Shown here: positions 37,911 through 52,928 of the stretch, piece after piece
Layout: every line of letters starts with the position of its first letter
Position numbering within the stretch: the first letter of the stretch is position 1
Source: the human T2T-CHM13v2.0 reference genome, Homo sapiens
Assembly: GCF_009914755.1 (NCBI RefSeq)
Contig: NC_060937.1
DNA length: 64,000 nucleotides
Strand: one strand, 5' to 3'
Made by a program: the position numbers and the translations under genes
Notes under the pieces: generated by a model
What the model saw: only the letters and a program-made list of their open reading frames with translations
Databases searched by the model: none
Told to the model about the DNA's origin: nothing

Positions 37911-38419
37911 GTTTTTCATTTAATACCCCAGGTAATTCTGATGACTCTTATTTGGGAATCACAAATAACAGTGTGAAAGTCACCTTAAGAACATAGCGGA
38001 ATGCTTTCTTCTGTCCTGTTATGTTTATAATAGCCCTCGAATGAATAATCAATGTATTATCTGGAGTTATCATCCAGATAAACAGCCAGGTAGAAATGAT
38101 CACTGGTATTAAATAAAGAAAAGACACCAACATGCATTTATACCTAAGCTTCTGCACCAACTTTCCATGCAATCAATTACTTGTCTCAACAATTTCAGAA
38201 ATTCCTAATATAGTTGCATGTGCAATAACGATCTGCCTGCATGCTTATTCATTATGGTCATGTATTACTGATTATAAAAAAGAAAGCTCAAAATTCCACA
38301 GATATTTTTTGCTTCTTCTTTCCTATTTCTCATTAATTACAAGACATTGAAACAAAACATCTTTGGAGAATATGCCTAACTAAACCATAATAAGATTTCT
38401 CATTTAATCACTATATTTT

Positions 38420-39040
38420 TGACTACTTGCTGTGTACCAGAAGCTTTGTCAAGTGCTTTCATACTATTTCAGGAAAAGACAGGTTATGTTGCTGTAACCA
38501 ACACCACCAAAGATCTCTGTGGCTACAACCACAAAAGTTAATGGCTTCCTCACACTACAGGCCCATTGAAGTTCAGCAGTGGGATTTTGCTCGCAGTAGT
38601 TATTCAGTGAGCCAAATTAACAGAGAAGTCACCATTCTGAACATTTGATCACCATGCCAGAGAGGAAGGGGTCTCTGGAGGGTCTTGTACCAGCCCTGAA
38701 ATGACACAGATCATTTCCATTCACAACTCATTGTCAGGAATAAATCATGTGGCCCCAGTCAACCAAAAAGGAGCTAGGATATGCAGTGCTACCATGGACC
38801 TGGAAGGTGAACAGTCTCCCATCAAACAGCATTAATGACTACAAACGTGCATTAAATCCTTTTTCTTTATCCCTACCCAACAGCTGAATGAAGTAGTGAC
38901 TTTCGTTAACCTCATTTTACAGAGGGACAAGCAAGGCTTACAGAAATGTAGAATATTGCCCACAGTTACATGGAAAAAGAGCCAGGATTTGAGCATAGAT
39001 TTGCATGATTCCACAATTTGTGATCATATCCTCTAAGATA
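38420..39040 (-). mobile_element. MIR split by an MLT1I/K-like LTR (~38461-38841)
   Basis: aggttatgttgctgtaacc...ttccattcacaactcattg...gcattaatgactaca; MIR ctcattttacagagg...ccaggatttga. Confidence 0.6.
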
Positions 39041-39535
39041 CAGTCCCTCGTTGCTTATCCCCCTTCTTTTTAATTTCAGTGCAGACTTCCATGTACAGCC
39101 ATGAAATGGTTTCACTCAGAGGTATGTGAACTAACATGGCAATGGAGGGACATCCTTACCTGTGAGAAATGTTATTTTACTCCAGCTGTCTGGAGCTGTC
39201 CAACTCCTCTACCCTTGCCTCGGCAATGTTTTCCTTGTCTCACCACCTAGCTACCATCTCCCACAGTTCACTTCTGCTGCCATCACATTTCCCTCCATCT
39301 ACAAGGTCTTTTTGCCTCCTTTACTCTTAGACAAGCACTTCTGGGCCCTGGCTGGCAGAATTTGTTCCCATATCCTGACAACACTGATTGTCAGATGTGT
39401 GGGTACAACTGAATTAGGTAGGATTCTTTTGTGCTCAGGGCCCATCTACATCTTGGAATCCTGTAATCCAAGCTTTATGATCTTATAATCTTGCCAAAGC
39501 ATCCTATTGTCGTGTTTTTTCTATCAGTCAGTCAG

Positions 39536-39879
39536 TGTTTTGGACTGAATGTTTGTGGACCCCCCTAATTCACACGCTGAGATCCTAACCCCCAGTGTGA
39601 GGGTATTAAGATAATAATCAGGTCATGAGGGTGGAATCCTCATAAATGTAGTGCCCTAAACAAAGGGATCCTAAAGAGCTCTCTCCCTCTTTCCACCATG
39701 TGAAGACACTGTGAGAAGCCACCAATGTGCAGTGCAGAAGAGTGCCCTTGACAGAACCCAACCACATAGGCACCCTGATCTGACTGCCGGCCTCCACAAC
39801 TGTGAGAAATAGAGTTCTGCTGTTTAAAAGTCACAAAATTTACAGTGTTTTGTTAGGGTAGCCCAAAATGACTAAGACA
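39536..39879 (+). mobile_element. MLT1B-like solo LTR
   Basis: tgttttggactgaatgtttgtg...gcctccacaactgtgagaaata...gactaagaca. Confidence 0.82.
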
Positions 39880-41606
39880 GACAATAATGCTCAGTGAATC
39901 ACCCTACATAAGAGTGGCCTAGCTCAACATTGGTGAGGTGGGGAATATACTCTGTCAACCTGGCTGGAGAACTGCAAAGCTGCATGACAAATAGTGTGCA
40001 CGGATATGTATTTCTTTTAAAAATAATGAGTAATGAGGAACAATGTGTCAGACTTTGAACCCAGAGAAACAGATGAATGGGGCTGATGGATAAATTCCTT
40101 GCCCATTCATACTCCCACCCCTTCACCACAAGAATGGTTTTCAGGCAATGTGGTTCCCTATGGCCAGTTAAGAGACATGGCACATGATAAAGCACCAGCT
40201 GCGTTTCTTGAAGGACCATCACCAGCACAGTAACATGTCACCTTGTATTCACTTTCTCTACTTCTATATTTCACTTCTTCCATGTTGCAATCCTAGAATT
40301 GCACCTTTAATTAAGATTTGTCTTGGGCTAGCTTATGGAACAGAATTATAATACTAGAATTATGAGATACACATCTCTGAAATGTTTTCTATAATGGTGG
40401 TGGTAGTGGGGTGGGTGTGTGTGTATTTAAGTTCATGATTCAAATATTCAGTCCTAGGATTTGGAGGTACCATCATGCTTTATCATAACCCAACACTAAA
40501 ACCAGATTAGAGTCAGTATTTTAAACTGTGGTCACAGTAGAAAGTTTTGAAGGTATCCTCTGTGCCTCTGAACATTCTTTTCACTCTGCTTATAATGCCC
40601 TTGTCCCACTGCAAAAATATATTTATCTTTCCAGGCTCTGAGGCTCGCTACCTACCTCCCCTATAAAATTTTACTTTGGCAGACACTTTATTAGGCACAG
40701 CCAGATGCCCTGTTTTCCTACTTATCATACTATTTGGCTTTTTATTGATTTTATTATCAAAAAAGATAGAGTTGACTTTTTATTAACATGTGCTTTTATT
40801 ATATTAAAAGACTACTTATTAAATGCTGTTATCTCAAATTCTACTTAAAGAGGATATTATAACCTTGGAACCAAGGTTTTCTCCCAGAAAAAGATTAATG
40901 GAAACATCAATTGCTTTTCAGAGTTGATAGCTGCTGCTTCAAAAGTATTTTATTAAAATACCAAATTAAACCCAAAAAACCCTTAGGACACAATAAATTG
41001 ATTTTTGGTTTATATTCAAATGTCAGCACTTAGTTGTCCTGAAAAAAAAAAAAAATCATGAAAGGTGGTGATTTGTAAGGAAGTGAAACCAGCCAATTGA
41101 GGCTCTGCTAGGCATGCTGAGTTCTTTCTTAGTCCCTGGAGAGAAACTTATGGGGCAGAAGCACTAAAAACAGGACAGGCATGGAATTCAAGGTTAGTTT
41201 GTTCTGTATTTGTCAACTTCTAACCAGTAGTCAAACAGACAACAAGAGTGACCAAAATCAGACACCTGTTTGTTTAAAGTATATCTTTTCAATTTCAAAA
41301 GCAAAAGTAACAATGGAAAAAGAAAATAATTCACTCAGAGGAAATGTGTGTGCCTATAAATGTCTATACATGTTCTTTCTCCAAATGTAGCCACTAAGGC
41401 CTTTGAGAGCAGTCAGCCCTGAGCAGTCCTCACAAATTACTATTCTTTTCCCCAAATCAAAATTGGAGCTAAAGATACATCAGTTGATGATGCCATCCGA
41501 GTCCACTACTCCATTAGAACCATTTAGTCAATTTATAAAAATTTAGTTTACAAATCTTAAAACAGGGAGTGCTTCTGGCTATTGGCCCAAAGTCTATTTT
41601 AAGACT

Positions 41607-42263
41607 GGTGCTGGAGAGGATGTGGAGAAATAGGAACACTTTTACATTGTTGGTGGGACTGTAAACTAGTTCAACCATTGTGGAAGTCAGTGTGGTGATT
41701 CCTCAGGGATCTAGAACTAGAATTACCATTTGACCCAGCAATCCCATTACTGGGTATATACCCAAAGGATTATAAATCATGCTGCTATAAAGACACATGC
41801 ACACGTATGTTTATTGTGGCACTATTCACAATAGCAAAGACTTGGAACCAACCCAAATGTCCAACAATTATAGACTGGATTAAGACAATGTGGCACATAT
41901 ACACCATGGAATACTATGCAGCCATAAAAAATGATGAGTTCATGTCCTTTGTAGGGACATGAATGAAGCTGGAAACCATCATTCTCAGCAAACTATCACA
42001 AGGACAAAAAACCAAACACCACATGTTCTCACTCATAGGTGGGAATCGAACAATGAGAACACATGGACACACGAAGGGGAACATCACACACCAGGGTCTG
42101 TTGTGGGGTGGGGGGAGAGGGGAGGGATAGCATTAGGAGATATACCTAATGCTAAATGATGAGTTAATGGGTGCAGCACACCAACATGGCACATGTATAC
42201 ATATGTAACAAACCTGCACGTTGTGCACATGTACCCTAAAACTTAAAGTATAATAAAAAAAAA
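41607..42263 (+). mobile_element. 5'-truncated L1PA3/4-like LINE-1
   Basis: ggtgctggagaggatgtggagaaataggaac...gtaccctaaaacttaaagtataataaaa; TSD-like aagact/aagagt. Confidence 0.95.
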
Positions 42264-42656
42264 GAGTGAACAATTTTTTTCTATAAATTGTTCTTAGAGG
42301 CCCAATAATCATCCCTGTATATCTTGTACATATTATGTCTTTGTCATCTTCCAGACTACAGCTGTGTCATCTCCCACTCCATTTGAAGTTCTTCCAATGC
42401 CAGAAATTTCAAGTGACTTTTACTCCCAAGTCTGCTGTGTTTGCCCTCTCACCACTGTCATTGAGAAACTTTCCCTTTCTATATGGGAGTTGCAGAGTGC
42501 TCCTGATGTTTATATCAGATGACCCCCTCAGTTCATAGAGAGAACTACCATTATGAGACTACACAAAGCTCTTTTTCATTAATTACTATTATTTTTGTTG
42601 TTATTCCTCTTGACTCTGAATACCATCTCTCTTGGATTTAATCTTTCCAATCCATC

Positions 42657-43102
42657 TGATGCACAGTTTTTTTGTTTTTTTTTTCTTTTTTGCTCCTTTA
42701 GCTCAGCTAGGACAGGTTCTTATCTCACAACCAGGAAAAATTAGGTGCACAGACACCAGAGAGTGGAGTAGAATTTATTAAGCAAAAGGAAAGCTCTCAG
42801 CAAAGAGAGGGGTCCCAAAAAGCAGGTTTCCAGTTGCCCCTTCATAGTTGAATATCAGGGCTATATAAGCTAATAGGGCTGGGTTCCCTATTTATATAAG
42901 GCATGAATTCCTGGTGGCTCCCTCTCACTCCCCCAGTACATGCAGGCCCTTAGTCTGCTGCAGGCATGTTTAGGCAAGTCCCCTGTGTAAGTTCCCTTAT
43001 CTACACAAAACATCCGATGTAAGCACTTGTGGGGTGGGTCAGAGGTTCTCTGGGGACCCTTCCCTTGCTGTCTGCCTAAAGCAAACTAGCTAACTCCTTT
43101 CA
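42657..43102 (-). mobile_element. MER48-like ERV1 solo LTR
   Basis: Reverse complement begins tgaaaggagttagctagtttgctttaggcagacagcaagggaagggtccccagag; 4-bp TSD catc (42653-42656/43103-43106). Confidence 0.82.
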
Positions 43103-43152
43103 CATCTATGACTTTATTCTCAGACATGTTATGCTTGGAAATACGTATTATA

Positions 43153-46100
43153 GGGGCAGGGCCAAGATGGTCTACTAGAAGCAGCAGCATTCGGAGGCTG
43201 TCATCAAAAAAAACCATAATAAGAATATGAATCCTTCACTGCCAACCAAGGTATCCAGGTTCTCTCATCAAAATTGACTAGAAGGCTGGCATGACCCACA
43301 GAGAGAAGGAAGAACAGTGTGGTGCGGTGACCCACCTGAGAGCCACAGGGGCTGGGGAACCCCCTCCCTGACAGCCAAGAAAGGCGGTAAGTGAGCATGC
43401 TACCCAGTCGGGGAAACTGTACTTTTTCCACAGAACTGTGCAAACCACAGATTAGAAGATCTCACTCGTGAACCCACACCACCAAGGCCTAGCAACCCAA
43501 ACCCAGAACGCACAGATTTTTACAGTCTCTCAGCTGGAATCTACTTAAGACTACCCAACTCCCAGGGGGAGGGGCGACCAGCACCAGCTGTGGCTGCCTG
43601 CTGTCTAAGCCATTTGAGCTCCTTGCAGGAGGGGCAACAGCCAGCACTGGGATTCACAACTGCCTAACACGCTAAGATCCCTGGGTGGGGGAAGGGCAGC
43701 ACCCATTTCTATAGCTCCAGGCTGTACTTTTCCCCTGTTGGAGCCAGGGAGGCTGGATGATTGGTCTCAAGAGGTGTCCCCCACAGCCCAACACACCAGC
43801 TGTAGCAGTGTGCCACCAGAGTGCCTCTTCAGGCCTAACCCTGACCCATCCTTCCTCATTGGGCTGGGCTTCCCTGCAGGATCTTCAATAACTCTAGCCA
43901 GAGGCTCAGGAACAGAATTTAGATCTCCCTGGGCCTGAACCCCTAAGGGGAGGGGTGGCCACAGTCTCTGTAACCAGCAGACTTAGCCTTTCCTCCTGGT
44001 AGTTCTGAGGAATCAGGAGAGCCCAGAAGAGAGGGGTCCCCCAGCAAAGCACACCCCCTCCACCAAGGGACAAAGTACTTTGTTAAACATGTCCTCCCCA
44101 TGCCACCAAACTGGGTGAGAACCTCCAACAGGATTTGTCAGACACCCTAAAGAGGAGTGCTCCTACGGGCATGAGGTTGGTGCCCCTTGGGCTTGGAGGT
44201 CCCATAAGAAGGAGCAGGCACCCATCTTTGCTGTTCTCCAGGCTCCTTGAGTGACATCTCAAGGCACAAGAGTGAATCAGATGAATAGGGCCTGAAGTGA
44301 ACCCCCAGGAAACTGCAGCAGCCCTACAGAAGAGGGACCTGACTATTGAAAGAAAATCAAACAAGCAGAAAGCAACAGCAGCATCAATAACAAAAAGTCC
44401 CCACAAAAACCCCATCCAAGAGTCAGCAGCCTCAAAGACCGAAACTAGACAAACTTATGAAGAAGAGAAAGAATCAATGAAAAAATGCTAAAAACCCAAA
44501 AGGCCAGAGTGCCTATTCTCCTCCAAATAATCACAACATCTCTCCATCAAGGGCACAGAACTGGAAAGAGGATCAGATGGATGAACTGACAGAAGTAGGC
44601 TTCAGAAAATGGGTATTAAAAAACTATGCTGAGCTAAGGGAGCATGTTCTAACCCAATGCAAGGAAGCTAAAAACCTTGATAAAAGATTAGAGGAATTGC
44701 TAACTAGAATAACCAGTTTAGAGAGGAACGCAAATGGCCTAATGGAGCTGAAAAACACAGCATGAGAACTCTGTGAAGCATACACAAGTATAAAGTATCA
44801 ACTGCCAAATCAACCAAGTGGAAGAAGATATCAGTTGAAGACCACCTTACTGAAATAAGACATGCAGGCAAGAATAGGGGAAAAAAAAGAGTATAGGGGA
44901 ATGAACAAAGCCTCCAATAAATATGGGACTTCATAAAAAGACCAAACCCACAATTGACTGGAGTACCAGAAGGAGATGCGGAGAAAGGAAACAAGCTGGA
45001 AAACACACTTCACAATATTATCCAGGAGAACTTCCCCAACCTAGCAAGACAGGCCAACATGCAAATTCAGTAAATACAGAGAACACCGTTAAGATACTCC
45101 ATGAGAAGATCAACCCCAAGACACAAAATCATCAGATTCTCCAAGGCTGAAATTAAGGAAAAACTGTTAAGGGCAGCCAGAGAGAAAGGTTAGATCACCT
45201 ACAAAGGGAAGAGCATTAGACTAGCAGTGAACATCTCAGCAGAAACTCTACAAGCCAGAAGAGATTGGGGGTCAATATTCAACATTCTTAAAGAAAAGAA
45301 TTTTCAACTCAGAATTTCCTATCCAGCCAAACTAGGCTTCATAAGTGAAGGGGATATAAAATCCTTTCCAGACCAGCAAATGCTGAGGGATTTCTTAACC
45401 ACCAGGTCTGCCCTGCAAGAGCTCCTGAAAGCAGCACTAAATATGGAAAGGAAAAACCAATACCAGCCAGTGCAAAAACACACCAAAATATAAAGACCAA
45501 TGACACTATGAAGAAACTGCATCAACTAGTATGCAAAATAACCAGATAGCATGATGCCGGAATCAAATTCACACATAACAATACTATCCTTAAATGTAAA
45601 TGGGCAAAATGCCCTAATTAAAAGACACAAACTGGCAAATTGGATAAAGAGTCAAGACCCATCAGTGTGCTGCATTCAGGAGACTCATCCAACATGCAAA
45701 GACACACAGATTCAAAATAAAAAGATGGCGGAAAATTTACCAAGCAAATGGAAAGGGGAAAAAAAACGAGTTGCAATCCTAGTCTTTGACAAAACAGACA
45801 TTAAACAACAAAGATCAAAAAAGACAAAGAAGGGCATTACATAATGGTAAGGGGAACAATTCAACAAGAAGAGCTAACTATTCTAAATATATATGCACAT
45901 AATACAGGAGAACCCAGGTTCATAAAACAAATTCTTAGAGACCTACAAACAGACTTAGACTACCACACAATACTGGGAGAATTTAACACCCTACAGTCAG
46001 TATTAGACAGATCAATGTGACAGAAAATCAACAAGGATATTCAGGACTTCAACTCAGCTCTGGATTAAGTGGACCTAGTAGACATCTAGAGAACTCTCTG

Positions 46101-49036
46101 CCCCAAATCAACAGAATATACATATTTCTTAGTGCCACATGGCACTTATTCTAAAATTGACCACATAATTGGAAGTAAAACACTCCTCAGCAAACGCAAA
46201 AGAACTGAAATCATAACAGTCTCTCAGACCACAGTGCAATCAAATTAGAACTCAGGATTAAGAAACTAACTCAAAACCGCCCAATTACATGGAAATTAAC
46301 CTGCTCCTGAATGACTCCTGGGTAAATAATGAAATTAAGGCAGAAATCAAGAAGTTCCTAGAAACCAATGAGAACAAAGAGATGATGTACCAGAATCTCT
46401 GGGACACAGCTAAAGCAGAGTTAAGAGGGAAATGTATAGCACTATCCATGTTAGAAAGCTAGAAAGATCTCAAATCGACACCCTAACATCACAATTAAAA
46501 AGAGATAGAGAGGCAAGAGCAAACTAATCCAAAAGCTAGTAGAAGACAAGAAATAACTAAGATCAGAGAAAATTGAAAGAGAGACACGAAAAAGCCTTCA
46601 AAAAAAAAAAAAATCAACGGATCCAGGAGCTGATTTTTTGAAAAACTTAACAAAATAGATAGACTGCTAGCTAGAATAATAAAGAAGAGAGAAAAATCAA
46701 ATAGATACAATTAAAAATGATAACGGGGATCTCACCTCTGACCCCACAGAAATAAAAACTACCATCACAGAATACTATAAACACCTCTACGCAAATAAAC
46801 TAGAAAATCAAGAAGAAATGGATAAATCCCTGGACACATACACCCTACCAAGGCTAAACCAGGAAGAAGTCAAATCCCTGAATAGACCAATAACAAGCTC
46901 TGAAATTGAGGCAGTACTTAATAATCTACCATCCAAAAAAATCCCATGACCAGATCGATTCACAGCTGAATTCTACCAGAAATACAAAAAGAAGCTGGTA
47001 CCATTCCTTCTGTAACTATTTCAAACAGTTGAAAAGGAAGGACTCCTCCTTAACTCATTTTATGAAGCCAGCATCATCTTGATACAAAAACCAGGAAGAG
47101 ACAACAAAAAAAGACAACTTCAGGCCAATATCCCTGATAAACATCAATGCAAAAATCCTCAATAAAACACTGGCAAAATGAATCCAGCAGCACATCAAAA
47201 CATTTATCCATTATGATCAAGTCAGCTTCATCCCCGAGACGCAAGGCTGGTTCAACATTTGCAAATCGATAAATGTAATCCATCACATAAATAGAACCAA
47301 AGACAAAAATCACATGATTATCTCAATAGATGCAAAAAAGGCCTTTGATAAAATTCAACATCTCTTCATATTAAAAACTCAATAAACTAGGTATTGATGA
47401 AACATATCTTAAAATAGTAAGAGCTATTTACGACAAACCCACAGGCAATATCATATTGAATGGGTAAAAGCTAGAAGCATTCCCTTTGAAAACTGGTATA
47501 AGACAAGGATGACCCGTCTCACCACTCCTATTCAACATGGTATTGGAAGTTCTGGCCAAGGAAATCAGGCAAGCAAAAGAAATAAAGGGTATTCAAATAG
47601 GAATAGAGGAAGTCATGTTGTCTCTGTTTGTAGATGACACAATTGTATATTTAGCAAACCCCATCATCTCAGCCCCAAAACTCCTTTCACTGATAAGCAA
47701 CTACAGCAAAGTCTCAGGATACAAAATCAATGTGCAAAAATTACAAGCATTCCTTTATATCAGCAATAGGCAAGTAGAGAGCCAAATCTTGAAGGAACTT
47801 CAATTCACAATTGCTACAAATAGAATAAAATACCTAGGAATACAGCTAACAAGAGATGTGAAGGACCTCTTTAAGGAGAACTACAAACCACTGCTCAAGG
47901 AAATAAGAGGACACAAACAAACAGAAAAACATTCCATCCTCATGGATAGGAAGAATCAATATCATAAAAATGGCCCACACTGCCCAAAGTAATTTACAGA
48001 TTCAATGCTATTCCCATCAAACTACCACTGACATTCTTCACAGAATTAGAAAAAACTACTTTAAATTTCATATGGAATCGAAGATCCTGTATAGCCAAGA
48101 AAATCCTAAGCAAAAGAATAAAGCTGGAGGCATCATGCTACCTGACTTCAAACTATACTACAAGGCTACAGTAACCAGAACAGCATGATACTGGTGCCAA
48201 AACATACATATAGACCAACGGAGCAGAACAGAGACCTCAGAAATAACACCACATACCTACAACCATCTGATCTTCAGCAAACCCGACAAAAACAAGCAAT
48301 GGGGAAAGGATCTCCCATTCAGTAAATGGTGCTGGGAAAACTGGCTAGTCATATGCAGGAAACTGAAACTGGACCCCTTCCTTACACCTTACACAAAAAT
48401 TAACTCAAGATTGATTACAGACTAAAATGTAAAACCCAAAACTATAAAAACCCTATAAGAAAACCTAGGCAATACCATTCAGGACATAGGCATGGGAAAA
48501 GTCTTCACGACAAAAATGCAACAAAAGCCAAAATTGACAAATGGGATCTAATTAAACTAAAGAGCCTCTGCACAGCAAAAGAAACTATCATCAGGATGAA
48601 CAGGCAACCTACAGAATGGGAGAAAATCTTTTGCAATCTATCTATCTGACAAAGGGCTAATATCCAGAATCTACTAGGAACTTAAACAAATTTACAAGAA
48701 AAAAAAAACATCAAAAAGTGGGCAAAGGGTATGAACAGACACTTCTCAAAAAAAGACATTTATGTGGTGAACATATGGAAAAAAACTCAACAACACTGAT
48801 CATCAGAGAAATGCAAATCAAAACCACAATGAGATACCATCTCACACCAGTCAGAATGGTGATTATTAAAAAGTCAGGAAACAATAGATCCTGGCAAGGA
48901 TGTGCAGAAATAGGAATGCTTTTACACTGCTGGTGGGAATCTAAATTAGTTCAACTATTATGGAAGACAATATGGTGATTCTTCAAGGATCTTGAACCAG
49001 AAATACCATTTGACCCAGTAATCCCATTACTGTGTA
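43153..49036 (+). mobile_element. 5'-intact L1PA8/L1P3-like LINE-1 lacking its 3' end
   Basis: Starts ggggcagggccaagatgg; ~1.3 kb 5'UTR; ORF1 remnants (44577-44765, 45227-45493); ORF2 from 45551 (SHITILSLNVNG), RT remnant 47537-47992; stops at atcccattactg. Confidence 0.93.
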
Positions 49037-49817
49037 CTTAAATGAACTAAAAAAGCAAGAACCAAAACTAAAATTAGTAGAAGAATAATAAACATCAGAA
49101 CAGAATTAAAATAGAGGGAAAAAATACCAAGGATCAATGAACTGAAAAGTGTAAAAAAAAAAAAAAAAAATGGACAAAATCAAACTGCTATAGCTAAACT
49201 AACCAAGAAAAAAACCCCCAAAAATAAAATCAGAAATGAAAAAGGAGACATTACAACTGATAACCACAGAAATGCAAAAGATCATTAGAGACTATTATGA
49301 ACAACTACATACTAAAAAATTGGAAACCTAGAGGAAATAGATAAATTCCTATATACATAAAACCTACAAAGATTGAATCAGGAAAAAACAGAAACCTTGA
49401 ACAGACCAATAATGAGTGACAAGATTTAATCAGTATTAAAAGTCTCCCCCTAAAAAAGCCCAGAACAAAACAGATTCACAGCCAAGTTCTACCAAATTTA
49501 TGAAAAAGAATACAAGTCCTCCTCAAACTACCTCAAAAAATTGAAGAGGGAATTCTTCCTTACTCATTCTATGAGGCCAGCATCATTCTGCTACCAAAAC
49601 CAGACAAGGAGACAGCAAGAAAAAAAAAAAAAAAAAACCAACTCCAAGCCAATATCCCTGATGAATGTAGATGCAAAAATCCACATCAAAATATTACCAA
49701 ACAGAATGCAGGAGCATATCAAAAAATAATACACCATAAGGTGATGAGAGCTAAAAATATTACCTATTAGGTACAGTGTTCACTATTCCGGTAATGAGTA
49801 CACTAAAAGTTCAGACA
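49037..49817 (+). mobile_element. Older L1 (L1PB-like) ORF2 fragment joined to a 3'UTR fragment
   Basis: ORF2 mid-region (49541-49729 [12 protein letters not shown]) to ~49738, then 3'UTR-like tacctattaggtacagtgttcactattccggtaatgagtacactaaaag. Confidence 0.75.
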
Positions 49818-49869
49818 TGGATGGGGGAAGGGGAGATGGGGGAAGGGGAGAGGGAGGAGGGGGATTTTT

Positions 49870-50250
49870 AACTAGAAATTCAAATAAGAGATGGGGCTAT
49901 TAAGGTCAACTATTTCTTCTTGAATGAGCTATGGCAGTTTATCTTTCAAGGAATTTTCCCATTTTATCTAATTTGTCATATCCATTAGAATAAAGTGTTC
50001 ACAATATTCCTTTATTGTCCTTATATCTGTAGAATCTTTTTATGTCACCTCTCTTCATTTCTGATCATTTCTTGACCATTCTGCCCAGTGATATCAATTT
50101 TATCAACCCTTTCATGAATGAGCTTTTGGTTTCACTGATTTTCTCTTTAGTTTTTCTGTTTCTAATCTATCTGTTTCTTTTCTGGTCTTTATTTTTCCTT
50201 TTCTGTTAACTTTGGGTTTCATTGAAAATTATTTTTTTAGTTTCTTATTA
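49870..50250 (-). mobile_element. Ancient L1M ORF2 fragment
   Basis: tctttcaaggaattttcccattttatctaa...agcttttggtttcactgattttctct. Confidence 0.65.
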
Positions 50251-51579
50251 TGTATTAACTTTCCACTCTAAAACCTCTAAGATGAATGTTGATTGACAAT
50301 TACTTGAGTCTGTAAGGTTAACTTCAAAATATTGGGGTTGATTGCTTGGGGACTTAAGCATTTAGTTATTGCATCAGTTCTTGCAGAGCATTTTACAGGC
50401 ATCCGTATTACAATACATCATATTATAGTCTGTGATTAGGTGGGTTTTGTTTGGTCCTATTTTGGTTTTATTTGACTATTTCCCAATTAGTCTGAAAACC
50501 ATAAAGGGAAGGACATTTTTCTAATCTCTTACCCCCAGAGCACCTATTACAGAACATTCTTGAGAAAAATGTTTAATAAGTGTTTACTAAATTGATTTGG
50601 CCTAAGGCAGCACAAGGCAGTTTTCTGATATGCCACAAGCTTGTGTTCTGACAATGCGGAATTCAAAGCTGAATTTCAATGAAGCTAGTTTAGGATAATG
50701 GTACCAAGCCACGGCTAAGTTTATGAAAATCTAAGATTGTATTTGAGTTTTCCCAAGAATCATTCATTCTGGTAAACCTGAAAACGTTTGAGAAGCAAGG
50801 GGACAGTTATTTATTTTTAGAAGTGACTATGGTGGTCTCCATTCTCACTGATTATTTCAGCCTCAAAGAATGTAACTCTAAAAACTACATTAGGCTTTAA
50901 ACACCTTCCTAAGCAATGTGAGGCCTACCTGCCCAGTGCCTGTCACATGATGTGTTGTTCTACTTGAGGTTATTTGTGGTCTGACAGCCAGGATTGGAGA
51001 GGACTCCCAATAATTTCCTTTAAGCCACCACTGTCATTTTATGCCTGAGTCATCCCTACTTTAAAAGCCTTAGGAGTGTGTTGAAAGAACAGATTGCAGA
51101 TGACCTTGAACAAGAACATCGAATATAAGACAATGAAATTAAGAAGCAAAACTGACTCTTCCTCTAGTTTTGAGTGAACTTAGGCAAGTTGCATAACTTT
51201 ATGTCACTGTTTTCTCATTTATAAAATGAAACTTTATGGCAAAATATCTCACTGTCCACTTGCACTGCAACTTTAAACTGGAAAAAAAATCATACTTTGC
51301 AAAAAAACTCCTATAGAGATAGCTATCTGGATTAGCTAATGTGAGTAGACAGATTGGGTAATAGATAATCCAATGTTTGTCCTGAAAATAAATAGTTGGT
51401 TGGTTAAATGATTGCCTAGAATCTGCTTGGAATACATGTGTTAATTTCAACCGGGAATCTTGATCATCATAATGAGAAAGCAGATTTTTAGAAAAACTGT
51501 ACAATCAGAAAGCAAAACAAAATTTTCAAGACAATTCTGGCCTAAGAAAATTACCTTAGAAACAGACAATTTACTATAA

Positions 51580-51896
<317 letters not shown>

Positions 51897-52469
51897 AGTC
51901 ATTTTTAAACTAGGGTTTGGTGACTAGAAGTACGGAAGTTTCAATTAGGCACAAAATAGCCCAAAATAACCCCTCCTCATTGTATTTACTTAAGTATTCT
52001 TTGTATATAGCTTAATTCGTTCATGTAATAAATACATATGTGCATCTGTTTATATGTGTGTGAATATGGATGTGAGTATGCATGTGTGTATGTGTGTTTA
52101 CATGTCTGTGCTCACCTATGTGTGTTGAGCACAGATGCTAGGCCCTAGATACAGTGGTTAACAAGAAGAAAATAGTCTCTACCTTCATAGGTTATTTTCC
52201 AGTGGGGGTTATAAGAGAGTGACACTAGATTTTGAGATTTTTTTGAAGGCCAGGTCTGACTGTATCAGATTATCTATATCTAGCACAGTGCATTATAAAT
52301 CTTAAGTTCTCAATGTCTGCTAAATAATTTTTCAAGCTGAAAATGTCAGTTTCAGGTTGAAATCACTCTCAAAGCTATGATTTGTTCCAAGATGAATTGT
52401 TCAACATGAACATATATATGTCTATTTTAGTAAACAGATACACGTGGATATATATAGTTTAAGCATCAT

Positions 52470-52928
52470 CATTCTTAGGTGTAGTCAACAGAATCTACTC
52501 CAGCAAGTTTAATCAGAAAGGCATTTATTAGACAGTACCGGGTGATGTACAGCATCTCCAGGAGGGCCAAGAGCCAAGAATAGATGCTCCGTAGCCAGGA
52601 GCACCTGCAAACAGAGAAACATCTATCCACCATGAGACTGTTCTAGGAAAAACCTCTTTCCTCCTGTGACTCAACTCTTTCCCCAGGTTTCCCATCAGAG
52701 CTTGCCCCAGAAAAACTAAATGCTTCTATTGTCATCCCACACATTGATCCCTTCCCTTCTTCCAAATCTCATGTGTGTATAAAACCTGAGCCATATATGG
52801 AGCTCTGACTGCGAGAAAGCATGAAAATTGTCGCTATTAACTTTCCGGCCTCCCCAGTACTGAAAGGCATACTGGAAGGGGAATTGGAATGAGTAATGTG
52901 CAAGCCAATCCATCATAAAATTGCTACA
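52470..52928 (-). mobile_element. Ancient MLT1 (M/N-like) LTR
   Basis: tcttaggtgtagtcaacagaatctactccagc...aaggcatttatta...ttgctaca. Confidence 0.5.

Noticed and set aside
43153-44450. L1 5'UTR as an active promoter/CpG island
   Set aside because: It is CpG-depleted and the YY1-like site is altered (caagatggtc); activity cannot be supported from sequence.
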